Notes: generated from the letters alone by a model not told the origin. A stretch of DNA of 64,000 bases from an uncultured Bifidobacterium sp. (GCA_964594985.1 CAZQNQ010000010.1:71466-135465); one strand, 5' to 3'. Counted from the first letter of the stretch, positions 18,533 to 27,533 are shown. Numbers and translations: made by a program.

Positions 18533-19741
18533 ATGAACCTGGCAGAGCAAGCGCAGAGTGACCGTCGCGTGGAGGGTGGGGCATTTCATCCTGACCTGCC
18601 AAATGGTCGTGCCTCGGGCGAAGTGACGATCAGCTTCACCGCCGTGCATTTCAAATCGGACAAGGGCGACTTCGACCTGGCTGCCGACGGCTTGAAGATC
18701 GAACTCGGCGGCGCGAGCGATCGGTTGATTTTCTTTTCGCATCCGGCGCATCCCAAGGTCACGATCCACACACCGGACCACAGCATCCTTGATCACCCGA
18801 TGCTGGTGGCCAACCCGGCGTTCGCGGTGCAACGAAAGAAAGTGCGCGCCCGGAAACGTATGGCCTGGGCGGTGTTGCTTGGTGTCGTCGGCAGCGTCGT
18901 GGCTCTGTTGTTGGGCTTGTTCCTCGCGCGCGACAAGATGGTGCGCACGGCAGCCAAGGCCGTCCCGGTAGATTGGGAGATTGCCGCCGGCGACAAGTTG
19001 TTTGAGCAGATCATCGCCACGAAACGATTGGTGACTGACACAAACATCAACGCGCAACTGAAGCTCATCACCGAGCCGCTGCTGGCCGGCATCAAGGACA
19101 ACCGCTACCCGCTCAAGTTTCATATCGTGGAAGACCCGACGTTGAACGCCTTCGCCATGCCGGGCGGCAATGTCGTGATCCATAGCGGCCTATTGATGGC
19201 GGCGGATTCGCCCGAGGAAGTCGCCGGGGTGCTCGGGCACGAGATCGCCCACGTCACCCAGCGCCACAGCATCCGCAGCATCATTTCGTCGGCCGGACTA
19301 TTCCTTGTGCTGCAAGCGATGCTCGGCGACGTGACGGGCATCGCGGCGGTGCTGGCAAACAACAGCGCGTTCCTGCTGGATCGGAAATTCTCCCGTGACT
19401 TCGAGCGCGAATCGGACAATCACGGCTGGGATTACCTGCTGGCGGCCGACATCAAGCCCGAGGGCATGATCGCCTTCTTCACCAAAATGCAGGCGGAGGA
19501 AAAACGGATGCGCGAAAAGATGAAGGACGCGACTTCGATTGACGTGGACCCAAGTTCGCTGGAAATCCTGAGCACCCACCCGGCGACGGACGAACGGATG
19601 AAAAATCTACAGGCCAAGTGGGACAAGCTGGAAAAGAAAACCGGCTATCGCACTTTCGACTTGAACTACACCGCGTTCAAAGACAGCCTGCGCTCCAAGC
19701 TTCACGCGGCGGAAAAAGAAACTGATCAGAAGGATAAATAG
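18533..19741 (+). CDS. M48 family metallopeptidase, membrane-anchored
   Basis: HEIAHVTQRH zinc motif and one TM (WAVLLGVVGSVVALLLGLFLA) after a ~110-aa N-terminal domain. Confidence 0.85.
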   Translation: MNLAEQAQSDRRVEGGAFHPDLPNGRASGEVTISFTAVHFKSDKGDFDLAADGLKIELGGASDRLIFFSHPAHPKVTIHTPDHSILDHPMLVANPAFAVQRKKVRARKRMAWAVLLGVVGSVVALLLGLFLARDKMVRTAAKAVPVDWEIAAGDKLFEQIIATKRLVTDTNINAQLKLITEPLLAGIKDNRYPLKFHIVEDPTLNAFAMPGGNVVIHSGLLMAADSPEEVAGVLGHEIAHVTQRHSIRSIISSAGLFLVLQAMLGDVTGIAAVLANNSAFLLDRKFSRDFERESDNHGWDYLLAADIKPEGMIAFFTKMQAEEKRMREKMKDATSIDVDPSSLEILSTHPATDERMKNLQAKWDKLEKKTGYRTFDLNYTAFKDSLRSKLHAAEKETDQKDK

Positions 19742-20401
19742 ATGAACACCACCATTGAAGGCCGTCCGGCGTTCGCCCACATGCACGTGGACCTGGCACC
19801 CGGCGAAAGCATCATCGCGGAATCCGACGCCATGGCCAGCATGGCCGCCGACCTCGACCTGAAGGCGCAGTTCAACGGCGGCTTCTTCTCCGGCCTCTGC
19901 AAAAAATTTCTTGGCGGCGAATCGCTCTTCGTCAACGTCTTCACGAACAACACCGATGGTCCGCGCCGCGTCACGCTCGTGCAACCGACGCCCGGCGACA
20001 TGGGCGTGATCGAATTGAAGGGCAACTCCATGTGCTTGCAGCCGGGCGCGTATATCGCCTCGACGCCGGGTGTGAAACTTGGGTTGAAGTGGGCGGGCTT
20101 TGCTTCGTTCATCGGCAAGGAAGGTTTGTTCAAGCTCATCGTCTCCGGCACGGGTACGGTCTGGTATGGCGCGTATGGATCGTTGTTGGAAAAACCGGTG
20201 GACGGCGAATTCATCGTGGACACGAGCCATCTGGTGATCTACGAACCGCAACTCAAGCTCAAGGTGCAGATGGCAGGCGGCATCTTCAGCAGCTTCTTCG
20301 GTGGCGAAGGTCTCGTCACCCGCGTCAACGGCAAGGGCAACGTCGTCATCCAGACGCGCAGCCTCGAAGGTTTGAAGAGTTGGTTGAACCCGCGGCTTTG
20401 A
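19742..20401 (+). CDS. AIM24/TIGR00266 (DUF124) family protein, paralog 1
   Basis: Starts 1 nt after the M48 stop. Shares motifs LGGESLF and GGEGLV..V.G.G.V.IQT with the next two ORFs. Confidence 0.8.
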   Translation: MNTTIEGRPAFAHMHVDLAPGESIIAESDAMASMAADLDLKAQFNGGFFSGLCKKFLGGESLFVNVFTNNTDGPRRVTLVQPTPGDMGVIELKGNSMCLQPGAYIASTPGVKLGLKWAGFASFIGKEGLFKLIVSGTGTVWYGAYGSLLEKPVDGEFIVDTSHLVIYEPQLKLKVQMAGGIFSSFFGGEGLVTRVNGKGNVVIQTRSLEGLKSWLNPRL

Positions 20402-20429
20402 TATGATCTCGCAAGTTAGCGATAATTCC

Positions 20430-20581
20430 GCCCTCACCCCGACCCTCTCCCCCAGGAGAGGGGGAAGCATAGACGCTTTTGATTCATGGAACGCCGGCAT
20501 GGCAAATCCAGTCGCAGGAAAAATCTCAGCACGCGGGAACAATGACTCCCTCTCCCCGGGGGAGAGGGCCGGGGTGAGGGC
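20430..20581. repeat. MITE-like palindromic element (family B) with GCCCTCACCCCG(A/G)CCC...GGGCCGGGGTGAGGGC termini
   Basis: About 30-nt terminal inverted repeats, each containing its own CCCTCTCCCC..GGGGAGAGGG palindrome. The same element in the same orientation lies inside the ATPase CDS at 56579-56712. Confidence 0.85.
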
Positions 20582-20640
20582 GAGCGTGAAAACATTCTTT
20601 CACTTCGCCCACCAAGAGCACCAACAACACGCTTCCTCAC

Positions 20641-21318
20641 ATGCAAACTGAAATCATCCACAGTCCCGGCAGCGCCGCGGCGCGCATCCGGCTCGATGCC
20701 GGCGAAACCATCACGGCGGAAGGCGGCTCGATGATCGCGCTCGGCGGCGAGGTGACGCTCCAGACCAGCACGCATCAAAAGGGCAAAGGCGGTTTGATCA
20801 AAGGACTCAAGCGCCTGCTCGGCGGCGAATCCTTTTTCCTCAACCACTACACCGCGGGTATGTCCGGCGGCGAAGTCTGGCTCGCGCAGACCTTGCCCGG
20901 CGACATGATGAAACTCGCGCTCGAAAACCAGACGCTCATTGTGCAGGCCGGTTCGTTCGTCGCAAGTTCGGCGGACGTGGGCATGGAAGTCGGCTGGCAG
21001 GGTTTCAAGAATTTCCTCTCCGGCGAAAGCCTCTTCTGGCTGCGCATCGGCGGGACGGGCCGCTTGATCCTGAGTTCCTACGGCGCAATCTATCCCGTGC
21101 AGGTCAGTGGCGAATACATCGTGGACACCGGCCATATCGTCGCGTTTGAGGAGACGCTGAACTTCAAGTTGAGCAAGGCTGGCAAGAGCTGGATGTCGTC
21201 CATCCTCGGCGGCGAAGGGCTCGTCTGCAAATTCCAAGGGCAAGGCATCGTCTGGTGTCAGTCGCACAACGCGCCGAGCTTCGGCGGCATCATCGGCCCG
21301 AAACTCCGCGCCCGCTAA
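20641..21318 (+). CDS. AIM24/TIGR00266 family protein, paralog 2
   Basis: LLGGESFFLNHYTA and LGGEGLVCKFQGQGIVWCQS, collinear with paralogs 1 and 3. Confidence 0.8.
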   Translation: MQTEIIHSPGSAAARIRLDAGETITAEGGSMIALGGEVTLQTSTHQKGKGGLIKGLKRLLGGESFFLNHYTAGMSGGEVWLAQTLPGDMMKLALENQTLIVQAGSFVASSADVGMEVGWQGFKNFLSGESLFWLRIGGTGRLILSSYGAIYPVQVSGEYIVDTGHIVAFEETLNFKLSKAGKSWMSSILGGEGLVCKFQGQGIVWCQSHNAPSFGGIIGPKLRAR

Positions 21319-21326
21319 CAACCTTT

Positions 21327-21479
21327 AACCACGAATGAACACGAATAGACACGAATGGGATTTGACTGGTAGGGCGCGTCACTCCGTGCGCGCCGACCTT
21401 TGCCAGCCAGACGACGGCGCGCACGGAGTGACGCGCCCTACCCGTTCCGCTTCGTGTCCATTAGTGTCCATTCGTGGTT
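21327..21479. repeat. Nested palindromic element (family A, copy 2)
   Basis: AACCACGAATGAACACGAATAGACACGAATGG ... TTCGTGTCCATTAGTGTCCATTCGTGGTT outer arms. Inner 28-bp perfect arms at 21368-21395 and 21415-21442, identical to copy 1. Confidence 0.85.
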
Positions 21480-21489
21480 ACTCCCTCTC

Positions 21490-22173
21490 ATGAACCAACA
21501 AACTTCCGAATACGAATATCGCGTCGAAGCGCAGCCGGACTTCAGCTTCCTGACGGTGAAGTTGCAACCCGAGCAGACCCTCAAGGTCGAAGCCTCCGCC
21601 ATGGCGACGATGGACACCAACCTCCGCATGAAGACCAAGATGCGCGGCGGATTGAAACGCCTGCTCACCGGCGAATCCCTGTTCATCAACGAATTCACCG
21701 CCCAGAACGGCCCGGGCGAAATCGGCATCGCGCCCGGCGCGCCCGGCGATCTGGACCACGTCTATCTCGAGAACGACACGATCTATCTGCAGAACACCGC
21801 CTACGTCGCGTCGAGTCCGGCGGTGAACATCGAGACCAAGTGGCAGGGACTCATCAAAGGCATTTTCTCCGGCGAATCCCTCTTCCTTATCAAATGCTCC
21901 GGCCAGGGCGACGTGTGGTTCAACACGTTCGGCGGCATGATCGTGATTGATGTGGACGGCTCGTACGTCGTGGACACCGGCCACATCGTCGCCTTCACCG
22001 AAGGGCTGCAATACAACGTCGGTCGCATTGGTGGCTACAAATCGCTGTTCTTCTCCGGCGAAGGGTTGGTCTGCCACTTCACCGGGCGCGGGCGATTGTG
22101 GATTCAGACGCGGAAGATCGGCGCGTTCACGAGCTGGGTTTATCCTTACCGCCCGCAGAAGAAGGGGGATTAA
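21490..22173 (+). CDS. AIM24/TIGR00266 family protein, paralog 3
   Basis: Start chosen at MNQQTSEYEY, because the ORF-track N-terminal extension reads through the repeat. Motifs LLTGESLFINEFTA and FSGEGLVCHFTGRGRLWIQT. Confidence 0.8.
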   Translation: MNQQTSEYEYRVEAQPDFSFLTVKLQPEQTLKVEASAMATMDTNLRMKTKMRGGLKRLLTGESLFINEFTAQNGPGEIGIAPGAPGDLDHVYLENDTIYLQNTAYVASSPAVNIETKWQGLIKGIFSGESLFLIKCSGQGDVWFNTFGGMIVIDVDGSYVVDTGHIVAFTEGLQYNVGRIGGYKSLFFSGEGLVCHFTGRGRLWIQTRKIGAFTSWVYPYRPQKKGD

Positions 22174-22250
22174 AGCTGGAAGCCTGAATTACGACCGGAG
22201 CCATGCCAAACGTGATGAACGACATCGTTGTCGCTCAATCATAATGTTAG

Positions 22251-22547
22251 GTGTCATCGCGTGCATGTACATTGCATCGAAATGTGAAAGCTCCATCTCC
22301 AAAAATTCGCCGAGTAGCCGGAGCAATACGGATTGCGGCACGGGTATCAGCAGTTATCTCGCTGCCATTTGTCCTGCTCTTCCTCCTGTTTATCACTGCG
22401 ACCGACGCAACCATTGGAGGAGTTTTTCGAGCATTGTATTTTTTCTTCCGTGCATTCTATTCGGGTCACATTTTGCGACCGCTCATTCTCCGCACAGTCA
22501 GCCGTTCTCCACCATTCAAACCGGAGGGCAACGACCATGACACCTAG
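22251..22547 (+). CDS. Possible small membrane protein (orphan)
   Basis: GTG-start 98-aa ORF in an AT-richer patch with a hydrophobic stretch VISLPFVLLFLLFITATDATIGGVFRALYFFF. A competing frame is also open, so the call is weak. Confidence 0.25.
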   Translation: MSSRACTLHRNVKAPSPKIRRVAGAIRIAARVSAVISLPFVLLFLLFITATDATIGGVFRALYFFFRAFYSGHILRPLILRTVSRSPPFKPEGNDHDT

Positions 22548-22613
22548 CTGTTGTACCTCGACAGGTTGTCCGCAGTTTCGGGGAGACTGGAGTTTGAGCC
22601 AGCGGCGTTGCCG

Positions 22614-22749
22614 CTAAAACTTGATCGCCTCGTTCAGCTTGCCGCATTGGGAACAGCGGGAACGGTCCACGTCCGGGGTCGGCGGTGTAAACCAGACCGC
22701 ATTTCTCGCAGCGGAAGATTCGGTCCTCACTCTGACCTGATCGGAAACG
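22614..22749 (-). pseudogene. Degenerate duplicate of the 3' end of the zinc-ribbon gene at 22850..23074
   Basis: About 136 nt align with 22850-22985. The first 60 nt are identical, followed by substitutions and a 1-nt indel that breaks the frame. Confidence 0.75.
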
Positions 22750-22849
22750 TGGGGATTGAAAGGAGATAACTGAGGCAACAGAGGTTGACGGCCAGGCAGA
22801 CTGATAATCCTCCGTTCTCTCTGTTTGCTCCTGTTCAAATCGGGTTCGA

Positions 22850-23074
22850 CTAAAACTTGATCGCCTCGTTCAGCTTGCCGCATTGGGAACAGCGGGAACG
22901 GTCCACGTCGGGGTCGTCGGTGTAAACCAGACCGCACTTCTCGCAGCGGAAAACCCGGTCTTCGCTCTGGCCCGGACGGAAGCGGCGCCCGCGCATCTCG
23001 CTGTAAATGGTCAACGCCACCAAACCGCCCAGCAGCAGCGTCACGTAACTGAAGATGAGCGCGTGCGTGGTCAT
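22850..23074 (-). CDS. Small membrane-anchored zinc-ribbon protein
   Basis: MTTHALIFSYVTLLLGGLVALTIY (TM), then CEKC...CSQC. The ATG overlaps the stop of the upstream TonB-like gene (ATGA). Confidence 0.65.
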   Translation of the reverse strand: MTTHALIFSYVTLLLGGLVALTIYSEMRGRRFRPGQSEDRVFRCEKCGLVYTDDPDVDRSRCSQCGKLNEAIKF

Positions 23075-23868
23075 TCGGCGGGCGGGCGGTTGCTGTTGGC
23101 GGGCGCTTCCGTCTGCCACTCGAAGATCAGCGTGCCCACGGTGAGCCGGGGCGTCTTGCCAAGCGGCGCAAATTTCATCCCGGCGGCGGTCTTGATCGCG
23201 AGTTGATCCGCTTCCCGCGAACCGCTGCCCGGCGGCAGCAGGACGGGCGAGAACACGTGGCCGGTTTCATCCACCGTCACTTGGACGAGAGTATTGGTCA
23301 GATTCTCCTGAGCGCGCTGTAGCGGCAAGGCGGCGGGAATATTTTCCAGTTGGCGCTCCGCCAGATTGCCGGTGAGGCGCAAGGTGGATTGCGTGGGCGC
23401 GGGTGGGGGCGGCAGCGGCGGCAGGATGGTGGTGCCGGGCGTGGGCGCAATTTCAACGGCCTGCGGCGCGATGCCATTGGCCTGGCCTTGACTGAGCGAC
23501 AGCGTGCCGAGTTGTTCGGTGGCCAGCGCGAGCAGCCGCGGTGGATCGGTCCAGCGAAAGGTCGGAAAGGGAATATTAGGCGGCCGCAGCCAGGTGCTGG
23601 CGGCGAAACCGCGTGGATGCGGCCCGGCGAATACGGTGGGGTCTTGCAGTTCGAATGCTTCACTGCGGTCCAGGATAGGACGGAGCGTGACAGCGTTTTT
23701 CACCGGTCGCGTCGCGAGGGGTTTGTGATTCCCCAGACCGAGGAACAAGCCGATGTGCAGCACGAAAACAAGACCGATCCAAAACAGCCAGCGCCACAGC
23801 GGCCACGGCGTTTCGCACACGGGCGGATAATCCGGGACGGGCGGAGCATCGGGCGGCACGGCGTTCAT
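23071..23868 (-). CDS. TonB-like energy transducer
   Basis: N-terminal TM, a Pro-rich linker (PPLPPPPAPT), and a C-terminal TonB_C-like VDETGHVFSPVLLPPGSGSREADQLAIKTAAGMKFAP. Follows exbBD. Confidence 0.7.
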   Translation of the reverse strand: MNAVPPDAPPVPDYPPVCETPWPLWRWLFWIGLVFVLHIGLFLGLGNHKPLATRPVKNAVTLRPILDRSEAFELQDPTVFAGPHPRGFAASTWLRPPNIPFPTFRWTDPPRLLALATEQLGTLSLSQGQANGIAPQAVEIAPTPGTTILPPLPPPPAPTQSTLRLTGNLAERQLENIPAALPLQRAQENLTNTLVQVTVDETGHVFSPVLLPPGSGSREADQLAIKTAAGMKFAPLGKTPRLTVGTLIFEWQTEAPANSNRPPAE

Positions 23869-24290
23869 GGTGGGGCGAGGGGGACGCCAAGTTGCGGGGC
23901 GTTGGCCCCGATGGCGTCATTGATGCCGGCATCGCGCGCCAGCATCTGGAGCCGCTGCAGGTCCTTGTAGCGAACGGATTCGTCCGCCAGGATGACGAGC
24001 GTGAGCGGCTCCGGCGAATTGGTGCTGGCCTCGCGCAATCGCTCCTCCAACGCCGCCGCCTCGATCATCTGGTTTTGGTAGTAGTACCGGCCAAATTCAT
24101 CCAGCGCGACGGTGACGGTGGGTTTGTCCGTACCCGGCAGATCGCTGGCGGTGGGCAGACTGATCTTCACGCCCGGCGTGTAAAGGCGCGAGCTGAGCGA
24201 CACGAAGATGACGAGCAGGAAAAACACCGCGGCATACGCCGTGGCGTCAAACGGATTGCGGAGCAATCGGGTGCGCCGGGGAAATTTCAT
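23865..24290 (-). CDS. exbD: Biopolymer transporter ExbD/TolR
   Basis: 141 aa with an N-terminal TM. Size and position after ExbB are as expected. 4-nt overlaps on both sides. Confidence 0.8.
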   Translation of the reverse strand: MKFPRRTRLLRNPFDATAYAAVFFLLVIFVSLSSRLYTPGVKISLPTASDLPGTDKPTVTVALDEFGRYYYQNQMIEAAALEERLREASTNSPEPLTLVILADESVRYKDLQRLQMLARDAGINDAIGANAPQLGVPLAPP

Positions 24291-25009
24291 TCGACTTTCG
24301 CGCGGCTGTTTTCGCTGACGATGTTCACGATCTCGTTGGCGGCGCGTTCCATGTCGGTGACGATGGCGTTCACGCGGCTGACGAGATAGTTGTAGCCGGC
24401 ATGGACGGGAATGGCGACGGCCAATCCGGCGGCACAGCAGATCAACGCCTGCCCGACGCCTTGCGACATCAGCGTGCTGTTGGCGTAGAGCGCCTGACCC
24501 TGGAGTACGCCAAAGGTCTTGATGAAACCCAGCACCGTGCCGAGCAAACCGAGCAGCGGCGCGAGTTGCGCGATGGTGGCGAGGAGATCGAGGCGTTTCT
24601 CCAGGCGCGGCACTTCGGCGAGGCCAGCTTCTTCGAGGGATTCGCGGACGCGCTCACGGCCGAAGTCGCGATTGAGGATGGCCGTTTTCACCAGTCGCGC
24701 GACCGGGCCGGGAGTGGCGTCGCAGATGGAGATGGCTTCGACAAGATTGTCGCGCTTGATGACGGTGCGGACGCCGTTGAGGAATTCGGTGGAATTGATC
24801 TGGGCGCGATGGCAGTGCAGCGCGCGTTCGATGAAGATGACGATGCCCGCCGCGCCCGCAAAGATGATGACCCAGAGAATGGGCGCATCCGCGAGCTTGA
24901 AGGATTCAATCCCCGTGGCGGCGGCAAACATTGTCGTGGTAACGCCGTTGACCAGTAGATTCGGCATGCCGGATTTATAGGCTTTCGCGGGGGAAGTTCC
25001 AAGTTCCAA
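24287..25009 (-). CDS. exbB: MotA/TolQ/ExbB proton channel protein
   Basis: Conserved C-terminal LGLLGTVLGFIKTF...GVGQALICCAAGLAVAIP. Confidence 0.85.
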   Translation of the reverse strand: MELGTSPAKAYKSGMPNLLVNGVTTTMFAAATGIESFKLADAPILWVIIFAGAAGIVIFIERALHCHRAQINSTEFLNGVRTVIKRDNLVEAISICDATPGPVARLVKTAILNRDFGRERVRESLEEAGLAEVPRLEKRLDLLATIAQLAPLLGLLGTVLGFIKTFGVLQGQALYANSTLMSQGVGQALICCAAGLAVAIPVHAGYNYLVSRVNAIVTDMERAANEIVNIVSENSRAKVE

Positions 25010-25025
25010 GTTGGCGCACAGATTT

Positions 25026-25108
25026 TGTTGCAGGTTAAAAGTTGCAGGTTGCAGGTGGAAGAGGCGCCGCGTGGTTCAACTTGCAACCAGCAACCTTCAA
25101 CTTGCAAC
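25026..25108. repeat. Periodic-arm hairpin (GTTGCAGG units; family E)
   Basis: GTTGCAGGTTAAAAGTTGCAGGTTGCAGGTGG faces CAACTTGCAACCAGCAACCTTCAACTTGCAACC. Confidence 0.75.
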
Positions 25109-25165
25109 CCACCCACCCCCGCTTTCCGGCTTGATTCCACGGAGTTTCGTCCGAATCCTTTGCCT

Positions 25166-25546
25166 ATGGAAAAACCTGATCAGTTGCGCGAGCTGTGGCG
25201 GATGCAAGACGCTTTGAACAAACGCATCGGCGTCATGACCGATGGCATGAGCGACGAGGACAAGGCCAAGTGGCTGCTCAACTACTCGCGCGCCATGACG
25301 CAGGAGATCGCCGAACTGGTGGACAGCGTGCCGTGGAAATGGTGGGCCAAGTATCAGAAGTTCGACGAGCAGAACGCGCGCGTCGAGGTCGTGGACCTGT
25401 TCCATTTCCTCATCAGCATGGCGCAGGTGCTCGGCATGAGCGCGGACGACGTGTTCAATGCCTACATCAAAAAGAACGAGGTGAATTTCAAGCGACAGGA
25501 AACCGGGTATCACACCAAGGACGAACACGACTCGAAACACATTTAA
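25166..25546 (+). CDS. Dimeric (all-alpha) dUTPase family protein
   Basis: Start at MEKPDQLRELWRMQDALN. WLLNYSRAMTQEIAELVDSVPWKWW and VDLFHFLISMAQVLGM are typical of the dUTPase_2/MazG-like fold. Confidence 0.75.
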   Translation: MEKPDQLRELWRMQDALNKRIGVMTDGMSDEDKAKWLLNYSRAMTQEIAELVDSVPWKWWAKYQKFDEQNARVEVVDLFHFLISMAQVLGMSADDVFNAYIKKNEVNFKRQETGYHTKDEHDSKHI

Positions 25547-25573
25547 GCCGGTTCGCGGGACCGCTGAACTCGC

Positions 25574-25951
25574 ATGAATCCCCTGGAAGATTTAGCGCAG
25601 GTCGGCGATTGCGCGTTTTTCCGCCCACAGGGACTGGCCCCCGGGCCGGAACGGTTGAAACAACTGTTGCAGGTCGTCGCGCTGGCCCACGCACGGCAGA
25701 TCCCCAAGTTGGTGGTGAATCTGACCGGCTTGGAAAATGTGCGGATGCCCAATGTCGCGGAGCGGTATTTCATCATGCGCGAGTTGGCCGCCGTGGCGAA
25801 AGGCGCGGTGAAGATCGCGTTTGTGCTGCCGCCGCATTTGATCGGGGACAAGTTCGGCATCCTGGTCGGAAAAAACGCCGGCCTGACGAGCGAGGTGTTC
25901 ACCGATGAAGCGGAGGCGGTCGCGTGGCTGAACTCCGCGCCGGAAAAATGA
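25574..25951 (+). CDS. Hypothetical protein
   Basis: 125-aa ORF with GC-rich third codon positions. No family recognised. Confidence 0.55.
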   Translation: MNPLEDLAQVGDCAFFRPQGLAPGPERLKQLLQVVALAHARQIPKLVVNLTGLENVRMPNVAERYFIMRELAAVAKGAVKIAFVLPPHLIGDKFGILVGKNAGLTSEVFTDEAEAVAWLNSAPEK

Positions 25952-26014
25952 TTCTTAGTCGCTAGCGGTCAGAATTTTTCTCGGCAACCATGGTTTAACC
26001 CTTACCATCGCGCC

Positions 26015-26656
26015 ATGAGCAAAGCTGCCGCCAAACTCGCCGCGCCCAAAGCATCTGTCCCGCCACGCTGGCGCAAAGAGGTGGCCAGCATCCTCATCAC
26101 TGACAGGATGCTCGCCAAACGCATCGCCGAACTGGGCCGCGAAATCGAACGCGACTTTGCCGGGCGCGACATGGTCGTTGTATCGTTGCTCAATGGCACG
26201 GTGATGTTCATCGGCGATCTCATCCGGCATCTCTCGCATCCGCTGCGCTTGGATTTCATCGGCGTGTCGAGCTACGGCAAGGGCACAGAGTCTGGCGACC
26301 TGGTGTTCACCAAGGAACTGCGGCTCGATGTGAAGGGTCGTGATGTACTGCTCGTGGATGACATCCTCGACACGGGCCGGACGTTGCGTCGCGTGCTGGA
26401 AAAGCTTTGCCTGCTCGGACCGAAACGGATTCGCACCTGTGTCTTGTTAGATAAGCCGGCCCGGCGCGTGGAGCGAGTGACGGCGGACTACATCGGCTTC
26501 ACGATTCCCGACCAGTTCGTGGTCGGCTACGGATTGGATTTCGCCGAGAAGTATCGCAACCTGCCGTTCGTCGGCGTGTTGAAACCGGAAATGTATTCCA
26601 GCCCGAAACCCAAAGTGCCGGCCCAAAAGACCAAACGCACCAAAGCCGCGAAGTGA
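26015..26656 (+). CDS. hpt: Hypoxanthine phosphoribosyltransferase
   Basis: PRPP-binding VLLVDDILDTGRTL and the flexible loop SSYGKGTESGD. Confidence 0.9.
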   Translation: MSKAAAKLAAPKASVPPRWRKEVASILITDRMLAKRIAELGREIERDFAGRDMVVVSLLNGTVMFIGDLIRHLSHPLRLDFIGVSSYGKGTESGDLVFTKELRLDVKGRDVLLVDDILDTGRTLRRVLEKLCLLGPKRIRTCVLLDKPARRVERVTADYIGFTIPDQFVVGYGLDFAEKYRNLPFVGVLKPEMYSSPKPKVPAQKTKRTKAAK

Positions 26657-26700
26657 GTTGGCCTTTGCGTCCGTCGCGTCCTTGGCGTGAGAAACAGTTC

Positions 26701-26946
26701 ATGCAAATCCGTGTTCAATTCTATTCCTACTTCAAGGAACTGACCGGCTGTGCGGAAGCCACCGAAACCCTCGCCGCTGGCGCGACGCTCGGCGCATTGC
26801 ACGATCAACTCATGGCGCGCTTTTCGAAACTCGGCGCGATGAAAAAGTCCACCCTGCTCGCCGTAGGCGTGGATTATCAACCTCGTGATTACATGCTGCA
26901 AGACGGCGATGAAGTGTCGCTGTTCCCACCGGTGCAAGGCGGATGA
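26701..26946 (+). CDS. moaD: Molybdopterin synthase sulfur carrier MoaD
   Basis: 81 aa ending ...DGDEVSLFPPVQGG*, the C-terminal Gly-Gly of the ubiquitin-like fold. Directly precedes moaE. Confidence 0.85.
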   Translation: MQIRVQFYSYFKELTGCAEATETLAAGATLGALHDQLMARFSKLGAMKKSTLLAVGVDYQPRDYMLQDGDEVSLFPPVQGG

Positions 26947-26979
26947 GATGAATGCGGAGTGCGGAGTGTTGATTGCGGA

Positions 26980-27366
26980 ATGAAGAGGCAACTGACCATC
27001 ACCAGCGAACCCATTGACGAAGCGGCGTTGCTTTCCCAGCGTCAGATGTCGGCGGGCATGGGCGCGGTCGTGAACTTTCTCGGCGTGGTGCGCGGCAGTG
27101 AGGACGGCAAACCCATCTCCGCCATCGAATACGAGGCGTTCGAGAAAATGGTGGCCCACCAATTCAACCTGCTGTTCGACGACATGGCGAAGAATTGGCC
27201 GATCGAATCGGTGCGTCTGGTGCATCGCGTCGGCGTGGTGAAGGTGAACGAACCATCGCTGTGGGTGGAGATCGTTGCGCCGCATCGGGGCGAAGCGTTC
27301 GCGGCGTGCCAGTGGCTGGTTGACGAGATGAAACGCGTCGTGCCGATCTGGAAGCAGCCGATTTAG
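26980..27366 (+). CDS. moaE: Molybdopterin synthase catalytic subunit MoaE
   Basis: GAVVNFLGVVRG...IEYEAFEKM...VHRVGVVKVNEPSLWVEIVAPHRGEAF...PIWK. Confidence 0.85.
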   Translation: MKRQLTITSEPIDEAALLSQRQMSAGMGAVVNFLGVVRGSEDGKPISAIEYEAFEKMVAHQFNLLFDDMAKNWPIESVRLVHRVGVVKVNEPSLWVEIVAPHRGEAFAACQWLVDEMKRVVPIWKQPI

Positions 27367-27369
27367 TTC

Positions 27370-27458
27370 AACCACAGATGGCCACGGATAAACACGGATG
27401 AAAACAGTTCGCGTAACCGCCTTCCAAAATCCGTGTCCATCTGTGTCCATCCGTGGTT
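27370..27458. repeat. Periodic-arm hairpin with AACCACAGATGG...CCATCCGTGGTT termini (family E)
   Basis: AACCACAGATGGCCACGGATAAACACGGATG faces CATCTGTGTCCATCCGTGGTT. Fills the moaE-CNT transporter spacer. Confidence 0.75.
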
Positions 27459-27533
27459 AATTTTAGTTCGTGGCTGACGCGCAGATCACTCGCCCCTCGA
27501 CTCTCGTCCCTCAACCCTTTACCGTGCCCACCC

